Of a stretch of DNA of 64,000 nucleotides, positions 13,004-26,435 are shown piece by piece. The position numbers were made by a program, and so were the translations under genes. Source of the DNA: Sphaerodactylus townsendi (Eukaryota); the NCBI RefSeq assembly GCF_021028975.2, contig NC_059433.1, forward strand, positions 29,202,001-29,266,000, in the 5' to 3' direction. Position 1 is the stretch's first letter, and each line of letters begins with the position of its first letter. A model generated the notes under the pieces. That model saw only the letters and a list, made by a program, of their open reading frames with translations. It was not told where the DNA came from and ran no database searches.

Positions 13004-15849
13004 TGTACACCCAACAGTTTATGTAAGAAACAATCAACAATTAAAACAATACAATGGTTCCAGTAGCACGTAGACTCTAATTTTCTTTCTGATTGAACAA
13101 AATGAGTTGGGGAGATTAGGAAACTGCTTAGACATAGCATGAAGAAAAAGACTGACCAGGGGTAAAAACGTGTGAATCAAAGAGGTAACAGTATTCCTAC
13201 CTCCTCCTTTCAGGACCTTCGACCCACCTAATCCATAGCACAAAACCTACTAAGGGGGTAAGCAAGTGACATCACAATCATATGACAGGAAGTAGGGGCA
13301 AATTGCAACATCTTCAGTGACAAGCCCAGGGGAGTAAACAAATGACCAAGAGGATGAAGAAACACAACCAAAGATGTGCTGTAGCCAAGGGTTGAAGCTA
13401 TGGAAGAATCCTCAGCTCTAAATGACCTTGCCTCACCATCCTATTCTTCTCAGCTTGCTTTCTAAGAGAAGCATTTCACTCTTCCATTCTACACATTCTA
13501 CAAGTAGGAGGCCCTTCCAAGAAGCAGCAAAAAAATGGCGTCTCTGTGAGACCACAACCTGGAAGGCGGGACTCTGCAATGCATGCAAGGGTCCCAACCC
13601 ATTATGCTATTGTGATGGAGTAGTAGAGAAAGGATATTGATGTCGTTATTTGGAGCTCTGCTATATTGACCACATAGATACCACATTCCTGTATTGACCA
13701 TGCAGATACCACATTCCTACCTTTGCTTTGGTAGGAATGTGGTGTCTAATCAGTTGGGTCACCTAGAAGGCTTCAAGGAAGTCAGAGAACTGGCCTAACA
13801 GAATTGTGGCTTTTGTTGGATTCTCTTGACTGCGGTAGAAAATGTTTACCATTCAGCTGCCGCTAGAGTAGAATACCTGGGTTCTTTCTATTGCCATGGA
13901 TCATAGGACCCACTCAAAATTTACAGGCCTCCACCAGAAAATGAATTTATTTGGATAACTCCAAGGAGTGCACATTGATGTAGGTTCTGGATGAGCAGAG
14001 GCGGCCATGTCAACCAAAGACAGACTGCCATAGAGCTGGACAGATAAAAGCCACAGGAGGTGGCACAGTTGGTCAGTTTTCTCACCTTATGTTACTGATA
14101 TTACTGGAGGACTTGAGGGACTTTTTGACCCTTCCCCCCTGCATTTAAAAATAATCCTTCCATGTTTGCTGAGCATTTTGTGAATAAAAGTACTTATATC
14201 CATTTGATCCTAGATTCCATGATTGGAACAGAATCTGAACTGGAAGTGTCCCCATTTGAAACACTGGAAATGTCTCCTCTTTTGTTGTCTGTTGTGGGAT
14301 TTCCAGGCTGTGTGGCTGAGGTTTGGTAGTTTTAACTAGTTTTAGCTCGTAATGTTTCACCCACATCTATGTCGGCATCTTCAAAGGCATGTCATGGAAA
14401 GATGTGCTTCTGATCGTGATATAGCTTTGGATTAGTTTTAAGATATACCTGCAATATATGTACTTAAGAAAATCCTACTAATACTTTGCTAAATAGTATA
14501 ATGATAAGTGCCATAAAGTTGCAACTGATTTGTAATGACCCCTTACAAGATTGTCAAGGTTAGAGTCTAGCAGAGGTGGCTTGCATTGCCTTCCTCTGCT
14601 CATCAACCCTGATCTTCCTTGGCGCCTGATCTTCCTTGGCGCTCTCCCATCCATGTACCAGTATTTGTGCCACTCTTGAGATGAACCCATTGGCCGTTAT
14701 GACTGATGGTGTCAAAAGCCACCAAGAGATCCAGGAGAATGAACAGGCAGGAACGTACCGCCCAGAGGGATATATGGGGGCAAATTTCCCCGAGTAGCGC
14801 CCATTTAATCGGGGGGGATTACCCCCCACACACACCCCTCCTCCTTCCCCTTGGGAAGACTGGATCTCCGCCGCCAAGCTGTGCCCCCCATAGCCTCTTG
14901 GAAGCCCAAGGGCAGGGAAGACGCCACCTCTCGCCCTAAGTTGCCGGCAGGGCTTGGAGCCGCTTGCGAGGTCTGCAGGAGAGAAGGAGCCACCTGGGCC
15001 TGGCCAAAAGCATGGGTGGGAGGATGGAAGTGGCGGCTGGAGCAGCTGGAGAAGGAGCCCAGGTAGACCTGGTGGGGTGTGGAGAGGGCAGATGGGGCCT
15101 GGCCGCCAAGAGGAAAATGGCACAAATGGCAGCTCCCTGACTTGCAGGGTGGCCACAAGTTCGGTTTTCTGAGTCTCCCCAACCTTCCGTGTCCTTTGGG
15201 GTCCATCAGTTTGCAGTCGCAAAGAGAGATACCTTCCCTAGTCCCAGCTTTGAGGCGTATCGACACAAAATGGAGGCTGGGGCAAGAAATGAGTTTTCCG
15301 CCAGGCAGCGGGGAGGTGGGGGGCTTATTTCTTGCCCTGCACTCCATTTTGTGTCGAAACATCACTGTCTCCCAGTGCAGGTCATACACCAGGGTGACCA
15401 AGCCCATTTTAGCCCCATGATCAGGACCAGACTGGAACAAATCCAAACAATCCAACTTCATTCAGAAATCTCTGAAGTTGCCCAGCTACCTTGCTCATAA
15501 TGATATGAATGAAACTAGACAGTAGTTAATCAACAGGAGCACTCTTAGGTAAACTAAGGATTAGTGTTTCAAATTGGATTTAGAAACCAAGTATAAGGCA
15601 GATGTTGGGGAAAATCAGCATTATAAGTTATAAACGGCTCAGTCTACTAACAACCTAGCAGCTAACTGCATTTTGGACAAGCTATAGTCTTCAAAGGGTG
15701 ACCCATGACCTTGTTACAGTAGTCCAGACTGGGATGCCACTAAATTATGAATTATCGTTAGACCATTCTTACTCAGAAAAACAAATAGTAAACCAGCTTG
15801 AGTTAGCAGGAATGAAACACCACTGTTACCTGTTATCACTTATCCAAGC

Positions 15850-16790
15850 ATCCAATCAAGCATCAGGTTCAAGTACATACCCAAGATATGTCCAGGCTTA
15901 ATCAAGACTTCAAAAGGGGTCACCCTATCCAAAGAAAATAGCTCTACCTTCTACTCAGTTGCGTTCTCAATCAACAGTACCTCCATATCATCTGGATAAA
16001 GTTTCACCTTTTTCACTCAATCATCAGACATCAGCCAGCAGTTTCATTTAGATGTTAACCAGAGGGGGAGGTAAGATGGATCCCAGTGGAGCCCTGCAAA
16101 ATAAACTCCACAAGTAGGCCAACAGTCACCAATTGGCGCCGAGACAGAACCGAATCAACCATCGCAACTGATCGGCTGTGACAAGTCCCTTAGTAGCAGG
16201 TATGTCAGGAAAGGAAGAAACCCAGGAGGACAGGATATGTGGCTCTGTTGTCTTGTGAGGACTGGGGGAGCAGTGGCTGTGGGAGATGCAGTGGTGTTGT
16301 CTTCGGGCACTAAACCTGAGCAAATCATCAAAAATTCCCTTATGACTCCACTCCTCTCAGTCAGTATTGAGGCTTAAGGAGGGGGTAAACTCTTTGTGCA
16401 TACCTTTCCCCCACAGAGCTGAAGCTACACAGGAAGGAGAACATTCACCGAGGACAGGCTGCTCGATTTCTGATCCTGTCCTCCAGCACTGTTCCCCTCA
16501 GCTGGAGTGATTGTTCTGCTTCTCCAACATAGGCGAGACAAGAAATATGCCACGCTTCAGGCTCGACCATCTGAAGGCTACTCTCCAGGAAGAATCGAAA
16601 CCACTGCAGAGCTGTACACCCTGGTCTCTTCATAACAGGGGATTGTAAATACTATCACCAGTGGTGTCAAAGAGCACAGTCTATTTTTTTTAGCACAGGC
16701 AATCCGCTTGGTTGACCAAAGCTTTCTCAGTACCACCACCAGGAGAGAAACGAGTCTGAAAAGGATCTAGATAATGTCTGTCGTCCTGGC
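15850..16790 (-). mobile_element. Old L2 RT fragment interrupted by a ~420-bp unidentified insert
   Basis: Minus-strand YLDPFQTRFSPGGGTEKALV, TALQWFRFFLE and GSILPPPLVNI*MK match L2 RT motifs in the expected order. Confidence 0.6.
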
Positions 16791-19166
16791 CATTCTGAGG
16801 CAGCCTCTGTTACTTCTCACTTCTGCTGATCTCAAGTTGCATTTCATGATATGTCAGTCCTTCTTGTTTGGAAGCATCAGAATAAAGTGGGGGGGGGGGC
16901 TCATCTACCTGGACTTTCTGAATGGTTGTGGTTCCTCCATCAGGCATCATATGGTTTGCTCTTGGGAATGAATTATCTGTCCCATCATTAGTTATCCTCC
17001 TCTATAGATTCTGGGATTGGCTGAGAACAAAATACTCTTCCTGGAAACAATGTAGTGGTATGATCTTACAGGTTTGCTCTGTGTCTATATCTCCTTATGT
17101 TGTTGCTGTGAAGCACTTCTTAACATTCCAAGACATCCTCTACTAGCAGTCCTGCTACACAAGTAATAATGTGCCATTGGTCCTTCATCTATGACCAGGG
17201 AGTCCAGTAAACTATTCCAACAAAACTTCAGCTTCAGTTTTGATCCTGTCTTTCCCTTTGCAATAGGCATTTCCAAGCAAACTGTCTCAGCTGGTACGGG
17301 ACACCTCAAGGCCTCTTGCCTGTATGATACATGTGATCCTCTGGCCACATTTTTCCTCTCTCAGCCCTGCCTGGTTCAAAATGATCATTGTGATGTCATA
17401 TTAGATTTGTGCTTGCTTGGCAGACACGTCTGTGAGCCAGAGGTGTATCTAGGGAAAATGTTGCCCGGTACAAAATCTGAGTTTTCCGGGGGGGGGGGGC
17501 ACAATATGGTTGGCCGCCCTCTCTCATCACAACCAAACAACAGAAGGAGGAGGGGTTCAGGGCGATTTTCCGCCCCCACATGACTAAATGGCTGAAGCCC
17601 GGGGACATCTGTCCCCATATATCCCCCTGGGCGGTACGCCCCTGCTACGGGCTGAATTGGAAGCCAAGCTACAGCAGAAACTAATGCAACCTCCGATAAT
17701 CCTTCAACAACATTTTTGAATCCAAACTGGTAATGACTTGGATTGTGTGTCAAAGTCTCCATGGTCAAGAAGCACTGCAACTTCTGCAAGATTTTCACGT
17801 ATCTCTGACTCTCACTGCAGTGCCCTGGCAGTTTCCCAGCCATTGGTCCTTGGGGCCAATCTCTTCCAGAGAAGGATGGCAGAAAAAGAAGATGAGAAAG
17901 TACAACGTGACTACAGTCCAGATCTTTGTCTCCAAAGGTTTGAGATCCTTGCTCGTCACAAGGTATGATCCACACGGGTCATAATTACCTCTGAGCATAT
18001 ATTTCTTGTGACTTTAGTTACTGATCACAAGAGAGTGCCCTGACAAACAACCATACCTTCCTCAGTTGGTGTATGGAACTGTGTACCACTGGTGTAGCAC
18101 TCATGGTGCCTGGGTGACCTGAGAAACCAAATCACACTCATTCTATCTTCAACAACAATCCGGAAGTTACAGAACCTTTTTTAAGGATTCCGTTTTGGGG
18201 AAGGATTACCATAGGGATTGTATTGTTCCAAATGGGATGTGAGCATCAGTAATTGGTGACCTTCCTCCTTCTTCCAGCCTGACAGCAACCAATACTCCCT
18301 TGGGTATGGTTGTCTTAATTTTTGCACTGTTCCAAACATCACCCTTTGCTTTCCTCATTGCCATTGCTTTTAATAGGGAGTTCAGCAGGTCCATAGATTC
18401 CAATATTCTTTAGATCAGCCATGTACTGGTTACAATAGTATTTCCTTCTGTCTGAAATCTGTTGGGATATTCATTTGAGTATAATACTGCATGAAACGTT
18501 AATTCTCTATATCCTTTTTCCAGTTATCACAGAAGGCTGTAATCCAGTGCAAAGAAGCGGTGAAGTACTCTGTGAAGTACTATCAATTAAACATGACTAT
18601 CATGTTAACATTGTGAGCCCAGTTCAAGAGAGTCCAGATGTGGTTTTGTGTCTTTATATTGTGTGCTGCTTACAGAGCACTTGCCTTGATTGTTTTTCCC
18701 CCCATTTCTGCAGGTTGTATCAGTTATCTGTTGGCTTTTTTCTCACCTGCTCAGATAGATTTTCATTTGTATTGTTTGAACATCTGTATCTACTTGAGCT
18801 ATGGCATTCCTGCATAGCATGAGAATATAAGATCTTTGCAAGGGGGTGGGGGAGTCAAGATTTTAAGTGCTAACCGAACAAAGGCTCAAGGATCAGCCAC
18901 AGCTAGTCAAACAGCAGACCTGGGAGAAATCCACAGTTCTTGCTACTTAATCCATTTGAACCTTTGTTGCAATTCTCAGAATCATAGCAACATATCTGCA
19001 CCAGTTCCCTATGAAGAAAAGGTAGACTGGAAGCTTGTGACTCATGAGTGGCACTCACATATAGTAAACATACAGTGAGCATCAAGATGCCTTCTCGTTT
19101 AATTTCATAGTTGAAGAGCACTAAGCTGTTAGCTTCTCCTCATATGGAACATAAAATTGTTTGTTT

Positions 19167-19232
19167 GGGGTTTTTATATTAAGTTTGTGGGGTTTTTATA
19201 TTAAGTTTGTGGGGTTTTTTATATTAAGTTTT
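19167..19232 (+). repeat. 22-bp tandem repeat, about 3 copies
   Basis: (ggggtttttatattaagtttgt) x3. Confidence 0.85.
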
Positions 19233-22200
19233 CAGAGAGTTGCCCACAAGGGCTCCTGAACAGTAATGGACAAAACTTGTGAGCATCACTTTGCTGTTAC
19301 CAACAAATTGTTCCTGCTCTGCGGTCATTCTGTAATTGTTCACAAAACCAAGGGCAATTTAGCTCAGTGTTTTTGAAGATTTTGGTATTGGCTGCTGCAA
19401 ACTTTGTTGTTTCATTAGCCACACTTTGCAGGTATTTTAAAAAAATACCACCCAGGGCTCACCAAATTAGGCACCATCAGTTTAATATATGCCATCATGT
19501 GCCAGCAGTGCCTTTCTACTGTTGACATTGGGCAAATGTGCTGGTCTCTGCATGAGAGAATCTGTGTAAACCAATCAGTCACAAGAAATTGCAACATCCA
19601 GAAACTAGGGGGTGGGGGATTTTTCTCTCTCTGAATGGACAACTACAGACCAGAAAGTTATGGTGCTACCCTCCCCCCTCCTGCCCCCAAAATCATAAGG
19701 AATATACAACATGAAAATGCTGGATCAGAACTTATTTAAAAATGCTACATGTCATCCTGGCTTAAACAGAGATTTGAGTTTCTTTAGTCACTGCAATTTC
19801 TAATAGCTCTATTGGATTCACTTTTAAGACATTTTAGTTGGCTGTTCTTAATTTGTTTTATCAGAACAACATCAGTTAATTTTCCCTTCAACTATTAGCT
19901 TACCTGTTTGAACTTCTGATGTATCTCATAATTGATAGTTTGATTGTTTATGATGGGACTTGCAACTACCCTTTCTACATCAACCCCTTCCTTCCCCCCT
20001 TCCACTGAGATTCACAGTTTAACTCCTTTCCCTCCATCCAACCTGCCTCATAAAATTTCCCAATACGATTTTTGCTCATGTAGCACCTAATGAAGTAGGC
20101 TGTGACCCACAAAGCTCATAGGGAAATTAAGGTTGTTACTCTTTAAGGTGCCACTGGGTTTTTGTTTGATTTTTTAAAAATCAAGTATTTGGTACAGTAT
20201 ATTTGGTCCTTGTCATTCATGTCTTTACTCTCTCCCAAAGTGATCGTGATCGCTAGAGATGCCTGCTGGATAGGATTGCAACCAATATCACCTTGCTCTG
20301 GTATTGCTATTGACACTTGAATAATAAAGAATACAAGTGCAGTAAATTTACACCAGAAATCAGTGTATAGTCACAGATTTAGGGGCACCACCTCCAAAAA
20401 TTTAATTTGGATACAGTTTTTTCAGTTCTTTAGTGAAAGCTGGGGTAATTTTACTACATTCCAAATACACATCCCTACTATTTTATGGTGGCTCTGATGC
20501 TTCATGAAGGGTAGAACAGAGGCATAGCGAGGGGGGCCAGGAGGCTCTTGCCCTGGGCACCAGGTACCTGGGGGCATCCTGGCTGCCCCTTCCCCCACAA
20601 AAAAACTCTTTGATACCTTTAAAATGCACTGAACTTCTATCTGAGATGTGCCAAAGCCAGCAAGACACTGGCACAGACAAGACCAGCATGGTTAAGAATG
20701 GTGGACTCAGGTTTAATTCCCCACTTTCTCATGAGCATCAGATTCTAATTGGGGCGAACCATGTTTGTTTATCCTTTGCTACACTTAAAGCCTGCCGGCC
20801 AGGTGATCTTAAATAGTCATAGTTCCCTCAGAACTCTCTCAGCCTCACCTACCTCACAAAGTGTCTGTTGTTAGAAGAGGAAGGGAAGGAGTTTGTAAGG
20901 TGCTTTGCGTCTCCTTACAGTTGAGAAAAGGGGGCTCTAAATCTAAACTATTCCAGCTCCTCCTCCTCTTTTCTTCTTCAAGTGTTCAGGAATCCGCATC
21001 AATGCTGGTGGGCAGTTTCAGGAAGCAGAGATGACTTTAGTTGGCTTCCTGAGGCCTTTCAGCTTGGGAACACTCTGCTTTGCTGCCACGGACTTATGCC
21101 AGCAGAAAGAGTGGAACAGTCCACGAGGCTGACTAAGCATGGTGCTGCAGACCTTTTTGGTGGCAGCAGTGCTGTGTTGCGCTCAGCCACCACTCATCTA
21201 TCACACACACCTACACCCCGAATTGGGCTACCTGTGCCTGTGCTGAGCTAGGGACTGTACTGAATATGTTGTTTTTATCTTATTGTTTTGTTTTATGATA
21301 CAAGCCCCCCTGAGCCTTCAAGGGGAAGGGCAACCTACAAATCTAATTCATCATCATCATTTGATACATCTTATATTTGGATGGATTGTCATAAACATTA
21401 GATGGACAAAACAAAACAAAGGCAAAAGAAGCCATCAAGAACTGCCAAATGAGTACTAAGTGTAGTGCAGACTTATCTCTGCAACCTGTAAAACTGAGAT
21501 GTTAAACCTTCTCTGTGCATGGCTTCATAATTGTTCCTGGAGTTATTAGCAACAAATACAGTGTGCTGCATATCTATTCTTAGATGCAAATGGCATATTT
21601 TTACAGCATTAAAATTAGCACAGATCAATTGCTACTGTGCGGCAATATATTGTGCAGAAGAGGCACTTACCATATCTTGGGGGAATGTTTTGTAATTGGT
21701 TCCTTTGTCTTGGTTGTTCTTCCATAATGATCAAACTTGAGGGCATTCAATTATGTTTATGGATAGATTCAGGATGCACAAAAGGAAGTATTTATTTGCT
21801 CAAGCAGTAATTAAATTGTAGAATTCACTGCCAGAGGATCTAGTGATGGTCACAAGCACAGACAGCACTAAAAGAGGATGACACAGATTGATGGCTGTGG
21901 ATATCAGTGGCCAACGTCCTTGGTGACAAAAGGTACCCTCATACCACAGTGGTTCAGCGGTAGGAGACAGAATCAGGGAAGGCCTTGGCCTCCGTGCCGT
22001 TCGCTGGCCCACCAGGATAATTGGTTTGGCTGCTGTGTGGAACAAGTTGTTGGACCAGATGAACCACTGGTCTGATCCAGCAGGGTTCTTCTTAAGTTCT
22101 AATGTCTTAAAGCTGATGGCCTGCATTGTATTCAAAATACAATTCCCGTATCAGCATGGAGATTAAGACCATATCTGCTTCAAGTGTCAACAATTTTGCG

Positions 22201-24711
22201 CTCTTGTGATGTCCCAATGCTAAAAGTGAAAGGTTCTCTATGAAAAAGAAGTGCATATATCTTCTATTGGGTCCCCTTCATACATACTAAGTTTTCCTTT
22301 CCTTCTGTATTAAATGGAGACAATCCCGCTTTTATCATGAATTTTGACCTCATTTTATTTTTGCAAGTGATATTTATCCATCTCAAAGTTCCTGCCAAGA
22401 TTCTTCCAGTTTGCAACAGACTCCTTATGTTGTCTGGAGAATAGGTGTTTGCTCTTTTTAATTAAATTAAGCCTATAAACTTTCAGATCACAGTATTTTT
22501 GGTCATGACAATTTGATCTTCAGTTTAAAAGGTGGGTATTTTTCTGATTGACCTTTTCATATTTGCTTACAAATGTTGACCTCTTCGTATTTGCTTGCAA
22601 ATGTATATAAAAGCAGAGCCAATGGAGAAAATGGAGCTTTCAACTGACTCATTAGATAGCTTTAATTAAGTTGTTAGGTCACAGTGGTTTTTGAAAGACT
22701 GCATGCTGAACTTCTTGGTTTTATGTAGTAAGCAAGGTATTTGTATATACACATTTTACAAATCTTCAACTGTAGCTACAGCATTTGAATTAATTTTATC
22801 TGACGTCTTCATTTCTTTACTACACATGCATGACTTTCACCCACTGTTTTATTTTCTTTAGTTTCCTTCCAGGCAGTTTTGTTTTTCCAAAAAACAACTA
22901 GAATAGCTGAAAAGAATCCATCAAGCAACTCATTAAGGCTGTTATATGGTCCCCAAAGTTCAAAAGATTAAAAAAAAAGCTTCAGTCATCAGTCAGTTCA
23001 AATTCAACAGAATAATAGCAGGAAGAAGCGATTACCAAAATGAACACATAGCATTAAAAAAGGGGGGTCTCTTCTTTCCAAATTACATGTATTCAATTTC
23101 ATTGCTGCTCTGGGTCTCCAGTTCATCTCTACCGGTCACTGATAGAATTGGAACTCTGCCAGCGTTAAGAGTTCCAGACCTTTAAAATGTCAGTTAGTAG
23201 GCGGCGGCCAGATAGCTTTCCAAACATAACATTAATAACTTATTCACAGCCCCTTGAACTCAGTGCCAATTTAACAAATCATGTGAGTTAATACTTCATA
23301 GGCCCCTTCCTCACAAACCGTTTAAAACATTTTGAGGCAGGAATTAAAACATTTCCTCCACGGAGTTCCACATTCTTTTTACCCCCAAATGCTTTATTTC
23401 CATCCTCAAAACTTTTTGAATGAATTTCCATTTAAAACAATTCTTTGGCTGATGTTTTGTAAACATCTTCAGTTGCTTTGTGATCTATTGAACAAGTTTC
23501 CCATGCTTCTCTGCTCCCCTGAACTTTCTCTTTGGCACCATTTTCTGAGCTCACTCAGTTCCTCCTCAATTGTTTATTTGCAGCATTTGTTTTTGTTTTT
23601 GGAAGGCCAATCTTTGAAGCACTGCATATACGAGCAGTACAGAATGCAGCACGAAGCTGTGAAGCATCGAGGCATCAATTCAACACAGAATTTTAAAAGG
23701 GGGGGGGTGTCACGTAATGGTGGCCAGGAATTGTTTCAAGGGGGTGAGTGTGTATATATATCGTTGTAAAGGGGGGTGGGAAGGATTGAAAAGGTTTTAG
23801 AAACGTTTTAGGGGATTTGTGCAGAAAGTTTGGGTTTGGTGGAAAGTGTAGTTAAATAACCGGTATTACACAAACAAGTTATGAACTTTCTGCGTCAGCA
23901 CTGAGCACTGCTTTTGGGGGTGTGGGCAGGGGGAAATCACTCATTAGATGCTAATGTTAAACACAGAAACCCAAAACTAGTGACAAAACCTGAACAGAAA
24001 GAAATCCAACCTATAAAGACACATCCACTGCGCTATGCTTTAGTTTTGATGAGGAGAAAATGGAGGGTATGTTGAACCTCCTCAGGATATTGCTCTCCTC
24101 ATACATTACCTCATTCATACAAGGGGGGGGGGGGGAGCCTGTTCCACTGCCAGATAAAACAGAGCACTAGCAAGTAGCAATTAAGGTTTCCAACTGGCCA
24201 GAAAAGTGTCTTATTCCTTTATCAGAAGTTTAGTTTGCTGAAATGGGCAGTGGAAGGGAAGTTTTCACAACATGGAGCTACATGACCATCACCTGAGAAT
24301 TGCTGCAGATCAAATGGATATTAAACAGTGACCAGTTTAAACAGTGGCAACCGCAGCAATAATGTACAAACCAAGGCAGGAAACGAGGGGATAAATACAA
24401 TGGAAACATGGGATATGGCCCTTCCTACCCTTTGGAGTTGCAGTTGAGAGTTAACACCATACAACACAAGACTAAGGTGAAGGAGGGGGCATTGTGAATC
24501 TTTTGGTTCACCACTGATGAATCCACTTTCACAGGTAGCTATGGAAATGTTGAAACAGCATACATGTCAAAGAGGCATCAGAAGTACCTGCAGCCAAATT
24601 CAAAGTAGGGCTACAGCACTAATGCTGCTACGTAAAATTTCAAGCAGGAAGCAAACAGACTGTACCCCAGCATTTCCAATTTTCCTGCATGCAGGGGAAA
24701 TACAGAACATT

Positions 24712-25010
24712 TAGGTAAAGGCAGTCCCCTATTCAAGCACAAGGCATTACTGACCCATGGAGTGATACCACATATGACATTTACTGGGCAGACCATGTTT
24801 ATGGAGTGGTTTACCACTGCCTTCCCCAGTCACCTACATTTAACCCCTAGCAAACTAGGTACTTGTTTTACTAATCTTGGAAGGATGGAAGGCTGAGTCA
24901 ACTTTGAACCAACTACCTGAAACTGACTTCTTTTGGGATCCTGTGAAGAAGTGCAGATCCAACCCAGGTTGTGAGCAGAACTGCAGCTTACCACTTTGCA
25001 CCACTGGGCT
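24712..25010. mobile_element. Sauria-type SINE; related fragment at 37825-37970
   Basis: ggtaaaggcagtcccct...ggaaggatggaaggctgagtcaac, characteristic of Sauria SINE sequence. Confidence 0.6.
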
Positions 25011-26435
25011 CTCTCTAGTATTACCATTTGTTTTCTTGAATATTACCATTTATTTTCTTGAATATTTAATTTAACTTGAGCAGACTAGCACCCACATTTC
25101 ATAAACCTATCTTTCTCTGGATTTATGGAACAGGATTGTTAATAGAGGCACAGAACATACTTCCATGGAAAGAGAGGTATTTTTCAGTTTACGCCTAATC
25201 CCTGCTCACTGGAAGGCCCATTCCTCATATTCAGACAAACAATTGCGAAGGTTTGCTCCATGAGCACAAGGGCTAGAAACCTTTCTTTTCTTACAGGGAA
25301 GCAAAACTTTACACAGCTTTGGGCTGTTAAAAATTTGTAATGATAATATCCAAAGTCCTTGACCCCCAGTTTGTGTGCGCATGCATGATACACTGCATTT
25401 GTATACAATATTTTCCAAACAGAACACATCCTGTCTTGCAAATGGAACACACGGGGGGGAGGGACTCATCATAAACTTGAAAGCCCGAGTCGCAAAAATA
25501 AGAGTAATAAGCAATTTTTTGATGTTGATTTTACTTGGAACACCCCTAGCTATGTATTTGCAAGATATCCGGGGGCACTGTCTTACATCTATACTGTGGA
25601 AAAATCCTGATTATGACAGGATGTATGTAGCCTAGCATACACGGCCTCCTCTTTTGTAGAGCACCCATACAGTTATGTAGGTTCTGGGCTCAAGAGGTAT
25701 TAACAGCACTCTATTCTTCTCCATGTAGATAATTCGTAACACTATTTGCATCCCAACATAGAGTTTATATGCTGTCTACAGTTTGTGATATGCAAAGTAA
25801 GGCAAAGTACAATGCACTCCATGATACAAAATTAAGATACATCTCGATGCCACATTGTGATATGTGAAGTCATCATAAGATGATTTTTGAATATCAGTTT
25901 CATGTAGTGTGTGTTTAGTTTGCATGCCCTGACACCAATGACTTTTATTTTCTACCTGATGCACTTGGGTTGCCAACAGTTTGCCTGTCATGACAAAACT
26001 AATGGTTCTTCCTCCATGAAGATGAAAGCATATATCCATCACGTAAATACAGACCCAATAAATTTCACTGAAATTACCTTCACCATATTACCATATAAAA
26101 ATACAAAACAAATCAGCTAGCAGTAGCAATATTCTCTCAGGTGCAGTAATAGGGCTTCAAGATTTTACTATATATATATATAAAAATAATTTTTCCAAGT
26201 TTAAGTGGGTTGAGCACAATGCATTCTCACAAGACTGTATACACTAGAGACACACACCAGACAGAAAAATAGGCAATATGCTGGAGGAACCATCCCAATG
26301 TTGTCATCTAGTGTTTCAACGGAATATACACCTTTTTTAATTACAAAGCCAAATAAAGTTACATTAGAAAGATTTTTGCACGATGTGTTGTTTTACCAAA
26401 AATTTCAAGACTTGATATATTTGAGAACAGATGTT

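Noticed and set aside
13983-13995. 13-bp match (ccagaacctacat on the minus strand) shared with about 25675-25687
   Set aside because: Matches of this length are expected by chance in 64 kb.
16131-16151. AATTGGCGCCGAGACAG resembling a retroviral tRNA-Lys primer-binding site
   Set aside because: Only the first 7 nt match. The sequence to its left is L2 RT, not an LTR, and no gag follows.
19419-19445. PHFAGILKK resembling a foamy-virus Env motif
   Set aside because: An isolated 9-mer with no supporting flanking homology.
21343-21725. Possible two-exon 65-aa micropeptide on the minus strand (good Kozak, GTAAGT donor)
   Set aside because: No recognisable homology, and its C-terminus runs into a repeat-derived (ATG)n tail. 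It cannot be supported without expression data.
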